From: an uncultured Holophaga sp.
GTDB lineage: Bacteria; Acidobacteriota; Holophagae; Holophagales; Holophagaceae
Direction: 5' to 3'
DNA length: 64,000 bases
NCBI GenBank assembly: GCA_963664825.1
Contig: OY761614.1
Span: forward strand, 2,112,001-2,176,000
The notes beneath the pieces are model-generated. The model did not search any database, was not told where the DNA came from, and worked only from the letters and a program-made list of their open reading frames with translations. Positions 37,172 to 46,907 of the stretch are shown here, piece by piece. Position 1 is the stretch's first letter. Every line of letters begins with the position of its first letter. Both the position numbers and the translations under genes were made by a program.

Positions 37172-39103
37172 ATGTTGCGATGTCTTCTTTCCGCCCTTCT
37201 CCTTGCTGTGCTGCCGCTGGCAGCGAGTGTGCACGACTGGACGCCGGAGCGCTGGTTCGCTCAGCCCCGGTCGCCGCGAATCGCCAACTACCACATCCGG
37301 GCCACCCTGGATTGGGAGGCCAAGACGCTCGAGGGCCAGGAGACGATCACCTGGCGGAACGCGGGTGTGGCGCCCACCTCCGAGTTCCCGCTGCATCTCT
37401 ACCTGAATGCCTTCAGGGGGCCCCAGAGTCTCTTCCAGCGGGAAGGGGGCCTGCATCAGCCCCGTCCTTCTCATCCCAGGGGATGGGGCTACTGCCGTTT
37501 GACGGGGGTTCGGGCGGAGGGACGGGAACTTCAGGGCCACGTTGGCGAGGACGAGACCGTTTACTGGGTGCGCTTGCCTCGGGCGGTCTCTCCCGGAGAG
37601 AGCATCCAGGTGGAACTCTCCTGGGAAAACCGCTTTCCGACGCTAGGGGTTCGCTCGGGCTGGAGCGGCCTCTTCCTCATGGGCGCCCAGTGGTTTCCCA
37701 AGGTGGGGGTCTACCAGAGGGATGCCTGGAACTGCCATGCGTACCACGCGAATACGGAGTTCTTCTCGGATTTCGGCGTCTTTGATGTGGAACTCTCCAT
37801 GCCGAATGCGCTGTTGCTGGCCCATACGGGGACCCAGACCAATTTCAAGGACGCCAGCGATGTGACGAAGGACCCCAAGCATCCCCTCAATGTCATCTGG
37901 AAGCTTCACGCGGAGGATGTCCACGACTTCGCCTGGGCCGTAATGCCGGAGGCGAGCTGGGGTTACACGCATTTCGAGTATCGGAAGACCCAGATCTTCT
38001 ACTTCACTCAGGGCGCCAATATGCACAATCAGTTGCGCCAGCATGAGGCCATCAAGGCCGCCATGCGCAACGCTTCGGATTGGTTCTTCCCCTACCCTTA
38101 TCCCGTGCTCACCGTGGTGGATGTGCCCGAGGGCGCCTGGGGAGCCGATGGCATGGAATACCCGACGCTCATCACTGCGAGCTCGGTGCACTTCGACCCG
38201 CTTCATCTGCGGATGGTGCCCGAGGGGGTCTCAACCCATGAATTTGGCCATCAGTATTTCTACGGCATGCTCGCCTCCAATGAGGCCGAGGAACCCTGGC
38301 TGGACGAAGGTTTCACCTCCTGGTTCACCCATAAGGCCACCCAGCGGACCTATCAGGGGCTCTTCTCGAGTCGTCGCTTCCAGGTGGGTACCGAATTCGG
38401 CGAATGGGTGTCCTACTGGATGGATCCTTCCGTGGATCCCCTCAGCCAGTGGGGCTTCAAGGTGCGAGATGGGGCCAGCTACAACCGCTCGGCCTACGCC
38501 AAGCCGACCCTGATCCTGGATCAGCTGGAGGCCATGGTGGGGCGACCCGTGATGGAGGAGATCCTGCGGGCCTATGCCACTGAAATGGCCTTCAAACACC
38601 CGGTCCGGGCTGACTTCAAGCGCATCGCGGAACGGGTATCGGGTCGGGATCTCGGCGTTTTCTGGAGGGATTTCGTCGAGGGGACCGAGGTCCTGGATTA
38701 CGTCATCGGCAGGGTGCAGAGCACCGAGGTCTTCGAGGGGGGCTGGATGGATTCGTCCACCGGGCCGGTTTTTGCCGCGCCGCAGCCGGTGTCGCCAGGC
38801 CACCGGGGTTCCATCACCCTGGAACGCCGGGGAGGCATGAAACTTCCCATCACCCTCTGGGTGCGCCTGGAGGATCGGAGCGAACAGCGGATCCTATGGG
38901 ATGGCCAGGAGCGATGGGTCACCTACGAATTCGAACAGCCCATTCTCGCCGCGGTCCTGGATCCTGACGGGAATTACCCCATCCTCAAGGACCGCCTCCA
39001 TGCGGCCTATACGGTCAAGCCCATCTCCCGCGGCCTGCACTACTGGAGCCAGATGGTCTGGGGCGCTGTGCTTGGCCTCCTCCAGGGCGTGGGTTTCGCT
39101 TAA
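37172..39103 (+). CDS. M1-family metallo-aminopeptidase (secreted or anchored)
   Basis: GMEYP, HEFGHQYF...WLDEG, AYAKP. Confidence 0.9.
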   Translation: MLRCLLSALLLAVLPLAASVHDWTPERWFAQPRSPRIANYHIRATLDWEAKTLEGQETITWRNAGVAPTSEFPLHLYLNAFRGPQSLFQREGGLHQPRPSHPRGWGYCRLTGVRAEGRELQGHVGEDETVYWVRLPRAVSPGESIQVELSWENRFPTLGVRSGWSGLFLMGAQWFPKVGVYQRDAWNCHAYHANTEFFSDFGVFDVELSMPNALLLAHTGTQTNFKDASDVTKDPKHPLNVIWKLHAEDVHDFAWAVMPEASWGYTHFEYRKTQIFYFTQGANMHNQLRQHEAIKAAMRNASDWFFPYPYPVLTVVDVPEGAWGADGMEYPTLITASSVHFDPLHLRMVPEGVSTHEFGHQYFYGMLASNEAEEPWLDEGFTSWFTHKATQRTYQGLFSSRRFQVGTEFGEWVSYWMDPSVDPLSQWGFKVRDGASYNRSAYAKPTLILDQLEAMVGRPVMEEILRAYATEMAFKHPVRADFKRIAERVSGRDLGVFWRDFVEGTEVLDYVIGRVQSTEVFEGGWMDSSTGPVFAAPQPVSPGHRGSITLERRGGMKLPITLWVRLEDRSEQRILWDGQERWVTYEFEQPILAAVLDPDGNYPILKDRLHAAYTVKPISRGLHYWSQMVWGAVLGLLQGVGFA

Positions 39104-39142
39104 ACGAGAAGGTGCACTCCCGGTAGCCGCCGATGCAGGCGA

Positions 39143-40108
39143 TCACTCCTTGGTTAGGGCCGCATCTCCCATTCGGATGGAAGCGATGAGACCGGTGGCA
39201 TCCAGTCGGATATCGATGGGGAAATAGGCCAGGGCGCAGGCCACGAAGGGCTCCCGGCTGGGGGCCAGGTAGGCCCTGCGTTCCGTGGAACCCACCTGTT
39301 GGGCGAGATGGCGGGCCTCCTCCAGGCTTTCGCCTTCTAGGACGGAAAGGTGGGTGGAGAGGTCGCTGTGCATGCAGGGGATGATCCAGGTGGAGCCTTC
39401 AGGGGCCGCCGGCGCACCGGGCTCCAGGGGCACGATGTAAATGCGAGGTCCCAACCGGCCCAGGGGGAGATCCAGGGCCTCGAGCCCGGGGAGGGACCAC
39501 AGGTAGATGCGGGGAGGCGGGCCGCCGAGCAGGGAGAAGGCTCGCTGGAACTGCTGCACGAGATCGGGGACCTCCCCCTCCCAGGCTTCCTTGAGGCGAC
39601 CGAGGCGGCCCTCGTCGGCCTCTGCCAGGGCGAAGCAGAAGGCGTGGCGAAGGACCCAGCCCCGGATGATCTGGGAACCATTTTCCTGGAGGAGGCGATC
39701 CTCCCAAGCCTGGCGAAGGCCGCGAGGCATTTCGCCCCTGCGGACCAGGGCCTGCCCCCGGCGCCAGAGGGCCGCCTGGGAACCCGCCAGGGAGAGGGGC
39801 AGGGTCTGGATTCGGGGACCCCATTGCTCCATGGGTGCGGCGAGAAAAGCCCGCAGGGCTTCGGCCTCGCGGTAGGATGCACTTCCCTTCGGGAAGGGAT
39901 TGTGGGGCAGGGGCTCCCGGAGGGCCGCCAGGAGCCATTCCCGGGCGGGGCGATCCTTGGGGCGAACGGAAGGGGTGGGCAGCTTCTGGGGGGAGGGATC
40001 CTCGTCGAAGGCCTCTAGGATCTGCGGCAGGGCTTCCCCCAGGGGCAGCACCGGAGGAGCCGCCTGGAGCAGGACGGTCGCGAAGGTAAGCAGATGGGCT
40101 GGGCGCAT
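39143..40108 (-). CDS. Hypothetical secreted protein
   Basis: Signal-like MRPAHLLTFATVLLQA; divergent from pyrF. Confidence 0.6.
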   Translation of the reverse strand: MRPAHLLTFATVLLQAAPPVLPLGEALPQILEAFDEDPSPQKLPTPSVRPKDRPAREWLLAALREPLPHNPFPKGSASYREAEALRAFLAAPMEQWGPRIQTLPLSLAGSQAALWRRGQALVRRGEMPRGLRQAWEDRLLQENGSQIIRGWVLRHAFCFALAEADEGRLGRLKEAWEGEVPDLVQQFQRAFSLLGGPPPRIYLWSLPGLEALDLPLGRLGPRIYIVPLEPGAPAAPEGSTWIIPCMHSDLSTHLSVLEGESLEEARHLAQQVGSTERRAYLAPSREPFVACALAYFPIDIRLDATGLIASIRMGDAALTKE

Positions 40109-40190
40109 GGGAGCCTCAGGCTGGACTTTGGAACCAAGTCGTACACGTTTCCTGAGAGAATGACAGACCTTGTGTTGACCATCACCCGGA

Positions 40191-40916
40191 GTGCCCATGC
40201 CCGAATCTTCCCTCCCTGTCGAACGCCTCGTGGTGGCGCTGGATGTTCCGACGGCTTCCGAAGCCCTCGCATTGGCGCGGAAGCTGGTTGGTCGGGTGGG
40301 CATGGTGAAGGTGGGGCTCGAACTCTTCTGCGCCGAGGGGCCTGCCTTCGTGCGGGAACTCCAGCGCACCGTTCCGGTCTTTCTCGACCTGAAATTCCAC
40401 GATATCCCGACGACCGTGCAGCGCGCCCTCGAGGCCGTGCTCCCCCTCGATCCCCGGCTTGTGAATGTCCACGCCCAGGGAGGGGCCGCCATGCTGGAGG
40501 CCGCTGCGGATGTGGTCAGGGCCCATCGCCAGAGGGGTGGCACCACCGAACTGCTTGCTGTGACTGTGCTCACGAGTCTGGACCGGGAAGCCCTCGCCCG
40601 CCTGGGGTCCACGGCGGAGCCCGGGGACATGGCCCTTCATCTGGCCCGGCTGGCCCAGGTCTGCGGCACCGATGGTGTGGTTTGCTCGGCCCAGGAGGCT
40701 CTCGCCCTTCGCCAGGCCTGCGGGCCCGCCTTCCACCTACTCACCCCAGGGGTCCGTCCCCAAGGGGCGGCGGTCCAGGATCAGGCCCGGGTGGTCACAC
40801 CCGCCCAGGCCCTGCGAAACGGAGCCACCTGGCTTGTTGTGGGGCGGCCCATCACCCGAGCGGAGGACCCTGCCGCAGCGGCAGACGCCATCCTCCGCGA
40901 AATGGCTGCGTCTTGA
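40191..40916 (+). CDS. pyrF: Orotidine-5'-phosphate decarboxylase
   Basis: VALD, KVGLEL, DLKFHDIPTT, VTVLTS, TPGVR, VVGRPI. Confidence 0.96.
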   Translation: MPMPESSLPVERLVVALDVPTASEALALARKLVGRVGMVKVGLELFCAEGPAFVRELQRTVPVFLDLKFHDIPTTVQRALEAVLPLDPRLVNVHAQGGAAMLEAAADVVRAHRQRGGTTELLAVTVLTSLDREALARLGSTAEPGDMALHLARLAQVCGTDGVVCSAQEALALRQACGPAFHLLTPGVRPQGAAVQDQARVVTPAQALRNGATWLVVGRPITRAEDPAAAADAILREMAAS

Positions 40917-40926
40917 GGCACCCGCA

Positions 40927-41481
40927 GTGACCTCCCTCACGCCCCTGGTCTATCGTCCCAGCCTCGCCCAGAGGGCGGTAGCACTCCTCCTCTTCGCGGG
41001 GTCCTGGATGGTCGGCGTCCGGGGCCTGGTCCAGGTGATCCAGCAGTTGCCCCGACTGGTGGCGCTCCTGCGCCTGGCGGAGCTGAATGCCGAGCCCACC
41101 CTACGGATCTGGGTGGCGCTGGTGACGAGCGTGGCGGCCTGTGCCGGGGGCGGGATCCTCCTGCTGCTTTCGATCCTCTTCCTGCTCTTCATCGAGGGGA
41201 CCCAGGTGCTTGTGGACGAAATGGGGATCGCGGTGGAATTGGGTCCGGTTCCGGGCCCCATCGCGCGTCGCATGGGGGCGGGGCGGCTCAGTTGGAAGCA
41301 GGTGGGGCACCTGGAAAAGGGGCGTTTCTTCTTCATCCTGCGGGGGGGTGGGGATCCCCAGGCCAAGCTGAAACAGGGTTTGGGACCCGACCCCGTGCTG
41401 CGTTTTCTGGTGGTGGACCAGCTGGATCGTCTTATTTTGACTATCCTGGAGCGAAGCCCCAATCTGCACTTCAAGGATTGA
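40927..41481 (+). CDS. Hypothetical membrane protein (2 TM plus PH-like tail)
   Basis: Hydrophobic segments; follows pyrF closely. Confidence 0.6.
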   Translation: MTSLTPLVYRPSLAQRAVALLLFAGSWMVGVRGLVQVIQQLPRLVALLRLAELNAEPTLRIWVALVTSVAACAGGGILLLLSILFLLFIEGTQVLVDEMGIAVELGPVPGPIARRMGAGRLSWKQVGHLEKGRFFFILRGGGDPQAKLKQGLGPDPVLRFLVVDQLDRLILTILERSPNLHFKD

Positions 41482-41555
41482 GCACGGAAAGACCGGGGGT
41501 CGATCCCGGGACGCCTTCGGGCTACGCTAGAGTCTTCGATTCTGTTGGAGATCCC

Positions 41556-42575
41556 ATGAGAACTTCCCTTCTTTTCCCCGCCGTCCTGGTCTGCAGCGCC
41601 TTGGCTGGGCAGACCGCAGGCCCCGAGACGTTGGTTCAGCGCTTCAATACCAATCTGCCGGATGTCAATAAGCTCCTGAATGAGGTGAAATTCCAGGAAG
41701 CGCTCGAAAAGGCGCAGGGCCTCCTCCCCGCGCAGTCCCCCGTTTTCGTCGCCAAGGATCCCGCTGCCATCGAGGGGAGTCTTGAAAACGGTCGCGGGAT
41801 GTTGGCCCTCCTCAAATTGAGGATCTCCTGCGTGGCCGCCCTGGGGCAGTGGGAAAAGGCCGTGGAGCTCAATCAGGCCCGCCTGGACTATTCCCATGCC
41901 CTGAGCGCGGACCTGAACAAGGCCACCGGCGATCTCAGCGCCCAGTGGACCAAGGTCGTCGAAGAAGGGAAGGCCTACATCCTTCAGAATGAATCCAAGG
42001 CTGCCGAGATCGAAAAGAATCTCGCAAAGCTCCAGCAGGACATCAAGGACTTCAACGAGAAGAAGGTCAAGCTCGACAAGACTCAGCTCGGAGAGCTCCA
42101 GGCCAGGGCCAAGGCTGCCCCCCAGGAAGAACAGCAGATGCTCGAGATCAAGGGCAAGGTCGGGGCTTACAAGGAAGCCCAGGGGCGCTACAAACAGTTT
42201 TCGGACTGGGTGGCCGAGACCCATAAGCAGGCCGATGCCATGATCAAGGACGCCGAAGAAGGATTGGCCAAGGCCCAGGACACCCTCAAGGGTCAGGCCG
42301 CCGAGATTGCGAAGTTCAATGCCGATCAGCTGAAGAAGAACAAGAAGTTCAAGGCTGAGGGCAGCAAGAAGTGGGTCGAAGCCGTCATGCGCGACAAGAC
42401 CAATCTCACCAAGCTCGAAACGCCGCGGCTGCAGGGGCAGCTCCTGAACCGCCTGTTGGTGCTCGATCCCACCGAGAAAAATGCCCTGATGGCCTTCGAA
42501 AATGTCAAGCAGGGCCGCGATCCCTTCTTCGCGGCAAAGTCCGCCTCCAAGTCCAAGAAGGCCCCCAAAAAGTAG
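41556..42575 (+). CDS. Secreted TPR-like/coiled-coil protein, paralog 1
   Basis: Signal peptide, GQWEKAVE, long coiled coil, RLLVLDP, Lys-rich tail. Confidence 0.8.
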   Translation: MRTSLLFPAVLVCSALAGQTAGPETLVQRFNTNLPDVNKLLNEVKFQEALEKAQGLLPAQSPVFVAKDPAAIEGSLENGRGMLALLKLRISCVAALGQWEKAVELNQARLDYSHALSADLNKATGDLSAQWTKVVEEGKAYILQNESKAAEIEKNLAKLQQDIKDFNEKKVKLDKTQLGELQARAKAAPQEEQQMLEIKGKVGAYKEAQGRYKQFSDWVAETHKQADAMIKDAEEGLAKAQDTLKGQAAEIAKFNADQLKKNKKFKAEGSKKWVEAVMRDKTNLTKLETPRLQGQLLNRLLVLDPTEKNALMAFENVKQGRDPFFAAKSASKSKKAPKK

Positions 42576-42597
42576 CCTGTTGCTAGAAAGGAATCCC

Positions 42598-43488
42598 ATG
42601 AGGACCCTCATCGCTCGAACTGGGTTGGCGGTTTGTTCTGCCGTTCTCGTCGCGCAGGTCCCGGCTCAGCCGGGTCTGAACCCGGAGCTGCGGGCGGCGC
42701 TGCCCGAAGCCCAGAAACTGGTCACGGCATTCAAGGCCCGCGAGGCGGAGGCTAAGCTCGGCACGCTCCTGCCGACCACGGTGCCGGCCTGGGACAAGAC
42801 CGGTCCGCAGACCCAGTTCGCCAGCTACACGGCCTACCGCGAGTATGCCTACGCGTTCTTCCTCGCGGGCCAGGCGGCCGATGCCTCGGGTCATTGGGAG
42901 AAGGCCCTGGAGCGATATCAGAAGGCCGGGGAGATCGCCAAGACCAATGCGGATTCCGTGAAGGCTTCCTTCCCGTTCATCGTCGATTACTACAACAACC
43001 TCGTGGTGGGCAGCAAAAAGACGCTGGAGGAGAACGCGGATTTCATCAAGACGCTGCGGGCGAAACCCAACCCCGATGAGGGTGACAGGCAACAGATCGA
43101 CTTGATCAAGGGTGAGGAAGCCTCCATCGAAGTGAACCAGAAGTCGGCCAAGGTCTTTGCGGACTACATCGTCAGCGCCCAGAAGGAGGCGGACTACTAC
43201 GCCAAGTTCTCCGTGGACGAGGAAACCCAGATCAAGGACGAACTCGATCAGCTTGAAAAGTACAAGTACAAGCATGACAAGGTGAAGTTCGTGGAAGGGA
43301 TCATGAGCTCCAAGACCTTCCTGGATCAGCAATTTTCAGAGAAGTCCGACAAGGTCCGCTACCTCTATCGCTTGAACGTGCTGGACCCCAGCAACCACAA
43401 GGTCGCCCGGGAGATTGAACAGCTCACAGGCGTCAGTGTCGTGGTCACGGCCTCCGAAGAGAAACCCAAGGGCAAGAAGGGCAAGTGA
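42598..43488 (+). CDS. Secreted TPR-like/coiled-coil protein, paralog 2
   Basis: Signal peptide, GHWEKALE, RLNVLDP, Lys-rich tail. Confidence 0.8.
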   Translation: MRTLIARTGLAVCSAVLVAQVPAQPGLNPELRAALPEAQKLVTAFKAREAEAKLGTLLPTTVPAWDKTGPQTQFASYTAYREYAYAFFLAGQAADASGHWEKALERYQKAGEIAKTNADSVKASFPFIVDYYNNLVVGSKKTLEENADFIKTLRAKPNPDEGDRQQIDLIKGEEASIEVNQKSAKVFADYIVSAQKEADYYAKFSVDEETQIKDELDQLEKYKYKHDKVKFVEGIMSSKTFLDQQFSEKSDKVRYLYRLNVLDPSNHKVAREIEQLTGVSVVVTASEEKPKGKKGK

Positions 43489-44354
43489 AGATGCGCACCT
43501 GGCTTGCCGTTCTGGTCGTACCCGCCCTCGTGGCGCCCCTGGGGGCTCAGACCCTGGCTGATCGCCTCAAGGAAGGTCACAAGGCCTGGGATCTCGCGCT
43601 GGAGCGGGGCGATGCTGCCAATGTCCGGCGCGGCACGGAGGGCCTCCTCCAACGGGAGGCCCTCACGGTCGGGACTACGGATTACAACGAGATGCGCGCA
43701 CTGGTCGCCGTCCATGACTACGCCGCCCGAGCCTGCGCCCAGGAAGGTGCGTGGGAGGATGCGATCGTCCATCTCCAGAAGGCCGCAGCCTCCGCCGCCG
43801 AGAACCTGACGGCCACCGAAGGCACCTTCTCCCGCATCCGCAAGGATCATGAGGCCAAGTTGGTCGAATGGCGCGAGACCATCGCCAAGCAGGAACAGCG
43901 CTTGAAGGACCTGGAGGCCCAATCGGGCCTTACGGAAGAGCACATGAAGCTCCGCGCGCAGATCCGGGGTTTCCTGGATGAGCATCGCAGCGCCATTGCC
44001 CACAGCGAATGGTCCCTCAAGGAGATCGATGGCTTGCTGGCCCAGCTCCGGAAGGAGAAGGAGACCTATGTGGCCTCCCTGGCGGCCTGGCAGGATTTCC
44101 TCGTCCGGGAAAAACAGGAGATCGCTCAGGCCGGGGGCAGTCCCAAGTTTGTGGCAGAAAAACTGGAGCAGGTGAAGGCCGATGATGCCCGCCCTAAGGG
44201 GGATCGGTTGGCCTATGGCCGGCGTCTGTTGCGCCTGGATCCCGAAAATAGCGAGTGCAAGCGGTTTGTGAATGGCCTCGTCGGCGTTTCCGATGAGCCC
44301 GAGGCCCCCGTCAAACCGGCCAAGAAGAAGGTCCGGAAATCCAAGAAGGGCTGA
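43485..44354 (+). CDS. Secreted TPR-like/coiled-coil protein, paralog 3
   Basis: Signal peptide, GAWEDAIV, RLLRLDP, Lys-rich tail. Confidence 0.8.
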   Translation: MKMRTWLAVLVVPALVAPLGAQTLADRLKEGHKAWDLALERGDAANVRRGTEGLLQREALTVGTTDYNEMRALVAVHDYAARACAQEGAWEDAIVHLQKAAASAAENLTATEGTFSRIRKDHEAKLVEWRETIAKQEQRLKDLEAQSGLTEEHMKLRAQIRGFLDEHRSAIAHSEWSLKEIDGLLAQLRKEKETYVASLAAWQDFLVREKQEIAQAGGSPKFVAEKLEQVKADDARPKGDRLAYGRRLLRLDPENSECKRFVNGLVGVSDEPEAPVKPAKKKVRKSKKG

Positions 44355-44370
44355 ATTCCGGTCGGTCTAT

Positions 44371-44401
44371 AAAGAAGCCCCGCCATGGCGGGGCTTCTTT
44401 T
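44371..44401. terminator. Bidirectional terminator (30-bp perfect palindrome)
   Basis: aaagaagccccgccatggcggggcttcttt between convergent genes. Confidence 0.8.
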
Positions 44402-44417
44402 GGGTTGGGAAAGGGTT

Positions 44418-45068
44418 CTAGAACACGCATCCGAAACTGACACGGACGAAATCGGTGTTGGGGGGATCATTCTTGGCTGTGTCGTTACCCGTGAGCGTCT
44501 TGTGGTAGGTGGCCTCTAGGGTGAAGCGCAGGCCTGCGTCGTAGCCGAAGGTGTGGCCGATCCCGAAGTTGCCTCCCAGGCGGGATTTGCGCGTGGTGTC
44601 GACATCGTCGTAGTTGTCGTAGTAGTTATCGTCCAGGTTTCCGAAGCTCCGCTCGAAGCGTTCGAAGTCCGCAGAGAGACCGACGATGAAATAGGTACCT
44701 CGGTGGCGGTAGGCGCTCTCCGTGAAAATCTGGAGATCGCCGCCCACACTGAACATCGTGTGTCTGAGATTGATCTTGTCGTAGCCGGGTGCCGTGTTTG
44801 AACCGTCCGTGACCTGTCCACCAAAGTCCAGGCGGATGGCGAGTTTGGGATCCACGGGAAAGCTGACCGTGAACTGGCCGCCAAAGCCAAGGTCATAGCC
44901 TTCGTTCTGGGAGGCCAGGACTGACCCGCTCGGGGGATAGGTCTTGTTGTTGAAGTCCCCTGTAGGCATAACCAGATTGAACGCGACTCCGAAGCGGGGT
45001 TGCTGAGCCTGGAGTGCGGAGCCCGTGCCGATCAGGGCGACCAGGGCGGGAATCATCATTCGTTTCAT
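44418..45068 (-). CDS. Outer-membrane beta-barrel protein (OmpA/OmpW-like)
   Basis: Signal peptide, alternating beta strands, C-terminal VSFGCVF. Confidence 0.82.
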   Translation of the reverse strand: MKRMMIPALVALIGTGSALQAQQPRFGVAFNLVMPTGDFNNKTYPPSGSVLASQNEGYDLGFGGQFTVSFPVDPKLAIRLDFGGQVTDGSNTAPGYDKINLRHTMFSVGGDLQIFTESAYRHRGTYFIVGLSADFERFERSFGNLDDNYYDNYDDVDTTRKSRLGGNFGIGHTFGYDAGLRFTLEATYHKTLTGNDTAKNDPPNTDFVRVSFGCVF

Positions 45069-45089
45069 GGAAACCTCCAGGAATAAAGC

Positions 45090-45105
45090 AGCGAAGACCG
45101 TGCCA
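45090..45105 (-). promoter_or_regulatory. Sigma54 (-24/-12) promoter for the OMP gene
   Basis: TGGCACGGTCTTCGCT, GG-N10-GC, just upstream of the GGAGG SD. Confidence 0.6.
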
Positions 45106-45229
45106 TCTCTCTACGGCCCCATACCGCTAGGGGATTAGCCCCTAGGGCGCAGGGAAGGTGGTGCGAATTGCTTCAGGTGTGGCAATGATGCAACGGGGGA
45201 CGATAACCTAGGGATGACAGAGGTGGATC

Positions 45230-45961
45230 GTGGTTTGGAAACAGGACTTGGCGAGACTGAAACAACAATTCAAGGATGCTGGAGAGCCCAGCCCGAAGCC
45301 CCAGGCTCCGAAACCGGTCCCCAAGCCCGTGGCTCCGGGCACCATTGAAGACGAGGATACCCTCTTCCTGAATGCCATGGGGCGACGGCAGGCCCCGCCC
45401 GCTCCGCGGAAGGACATGCCCTCTCCTTCGGAGGTTGTCCCCGCGGCGCCCCTCCCTTCCCCGGCACCCGCAGAGGATTTCCAGGCGGCGATGGGAGGGC
45501 TAAAGGGTCTGAAACCCCTGGGGTACAGAATCCCCGTCGGGGCGCCTAGGGAACAGTCGGTAGCCCCTGTGGAGAGCCCGGCTCCGCTGCGGGTGCCCGA
45601 AATCGAGGAACCTGCCGCCATTCCGCCCAGCCCTCCCCCGGAAACGGCCCTGCGCACGAGCCCCGAACTGATTCATCTGGCCGCTGGCATGGCCATCGAG
45701 GTGGAGGGCAGCCTGGATCTTCGCGGTCACACGGCGGTGGATGCGCTGGAGCGGTTCAGGGAAAGGCTTCAGGATGGAGTCTTCCTCGGATGGCGCACCT
45801 TTCATGTCACCCTTGGCCCCTCGGAAGAATTGCGGGAAGCTTTCCTGGCCTTCCTGGGTACCCCTGAGGCCATGGTCATCGTACGCTATGCCCAGGCCCC
45901 AATTCCTATGGGTGGAAACCATGCGTGGATCCTCTACTATGTAAGTCCGACTGCCCACTAA
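45230..45961 (+). CDS. Smr-domain-like protein, degenerate
   Basis: FQAAMGGLK.L, LDLRGHT, QAPIPMGG; Pro-rich linkers. Confidence 0.7.
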   Translation: MVWKQDLARLKQQFKDAGEPSPKPQAPKPVPKPVAPGTIEDEDTLFLNAMGRRQAPPAPRKDMPSPSEVVPAAPLPSPAPAEDFQAAMGGLKGLKPLGYRIPVGAPREQSVAPVESPAPLRVPEIEEPAAIPPSPPPETALRTSPELIHLAAGMAIEVEGSLDLRGHTAVDALERFRERLQDGVFLGWRTFHVTLGPSEELREAFLAFLGTPEAMVIVRYAQAPIPMGGNHAWILYYVSPTAH

Positions 45962-45971
45962 TGGAGTGAAC

Positions 45972-46883
45972 ATGAGTCTTCTCGCCGTGGGCAGTGTTGC
46001 CTTCGATGATCTCGAGACCCCCTTCGGAAAGCGGGAGAGGGTTCTGGGAGGGTCCGCCAGCTATTTTTCCCTCTGTGCCAGCCGCTTCCACCCGGTTCGG
46101 GTGGTGGCGGTGGTGGGTGAGGACTTTGGCCCCGAGCAGTATCGGGTCTTCGACGGTCACCCCATCGATCTTTCGGGCCTGGTGCGGAAGCCCGGGAAGA
46201 GTTTCCACTGGAAAGGGGCCTATGGCTTCGATCTGAACGAGGCCAAGACCCTGGAAACCCACTTGAACGTCTTCCAGGATTTCCACCCGGTCCTCCCCGA
46301 CGCCTTCCGGACCTCACCTTACCTGTTCCTGGGGAACATCGATCCCGTGCTCCAGTTGGATGTGGTGAGGCAGATGGTCCAGCGTCCACGATGGGTGGCT
46401 CTGGACACGATGAACTTTTGGATCAATGGTTCCCGGGAGGCGCTACAGAATGTCCTGAAGGAAGTCGATATTCTTCTGGTCAATGAGAGCGAGGCCCGGG
46501 CTCTTACCCAGGAACATAACCTCCTGAAGGCCTACCGGAAGGTCCGGACCATCGGGCCGCGGATCCTCGTGGTCAAGCGGGGTGAATACGGGGTGTCCCT
46601 CTTCACTCCCGAAGGCATCTTTGCGGCCCCGGCCTTCCCACTTGAGGATGTCTTCGATCCCACCGGTGCCGGCGATACGTTTGCGGGCGGATTCTTGGGC
46701 TATTTGGCCGCAGCGGGGAACATGAATGTGGAGACCCTCAAGGGAGCCACCTTGACCGGAGCGGTCATGGCCAGTTTTACCGTTGAACAATTTGGGACCC
46801 AGAATCTGGAAAGGGTCACGGATCAGGATATAAAAGGACGGACCAAAGCTTTTTCAGACATGATCCGAGTCGATGGACTATAA
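45972..46883 (+). CDS. PfkB-family carbohydrate/nucleoside kinase
   Basis: GSVAFD, LGGSASY, VKRGEYG, DPTGAGDTFAGG. Confidence 0.92.
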   Translation: MSLLAVGSVAFDDLETPFGKRERVLGGSASYFSLCASRFHPVRVVAVVGEDFGPEQYRVFDGHPIDLSGLVRKPGKSFHWKGAYGFDLNEAKTLETHLNVFQDFHPVLPDAFRTSPYLFLGNIDPVLQLDVVRQMVQRPRWVALDTMNFWINGSREALQNVLKEVDILLVNESEARALTQEHNLLKAYRKVRTIGPRILVVKRGEYGVSLFTPEGIFAAPAFPLEDVFDPTGAGDTFAGGFLGYLAAAGNMNVETLKGATLTGAVMASFTVEQFGTQNLERVTDQDIKGRTKAFSDMIRVDGL

Positions 46884-46907
46884 TTCTTCAAGCTACCAAG
46901 GGGGAAC

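Noticed and set aside
40950..42611. Long antisense or alternate-frame ORFs (this 553-aa one, 30859-32337, 57799-59175, 60754-62136 and others)
   Set aside because: Shadows of real genes caused by high-GC codon bias; no motifs
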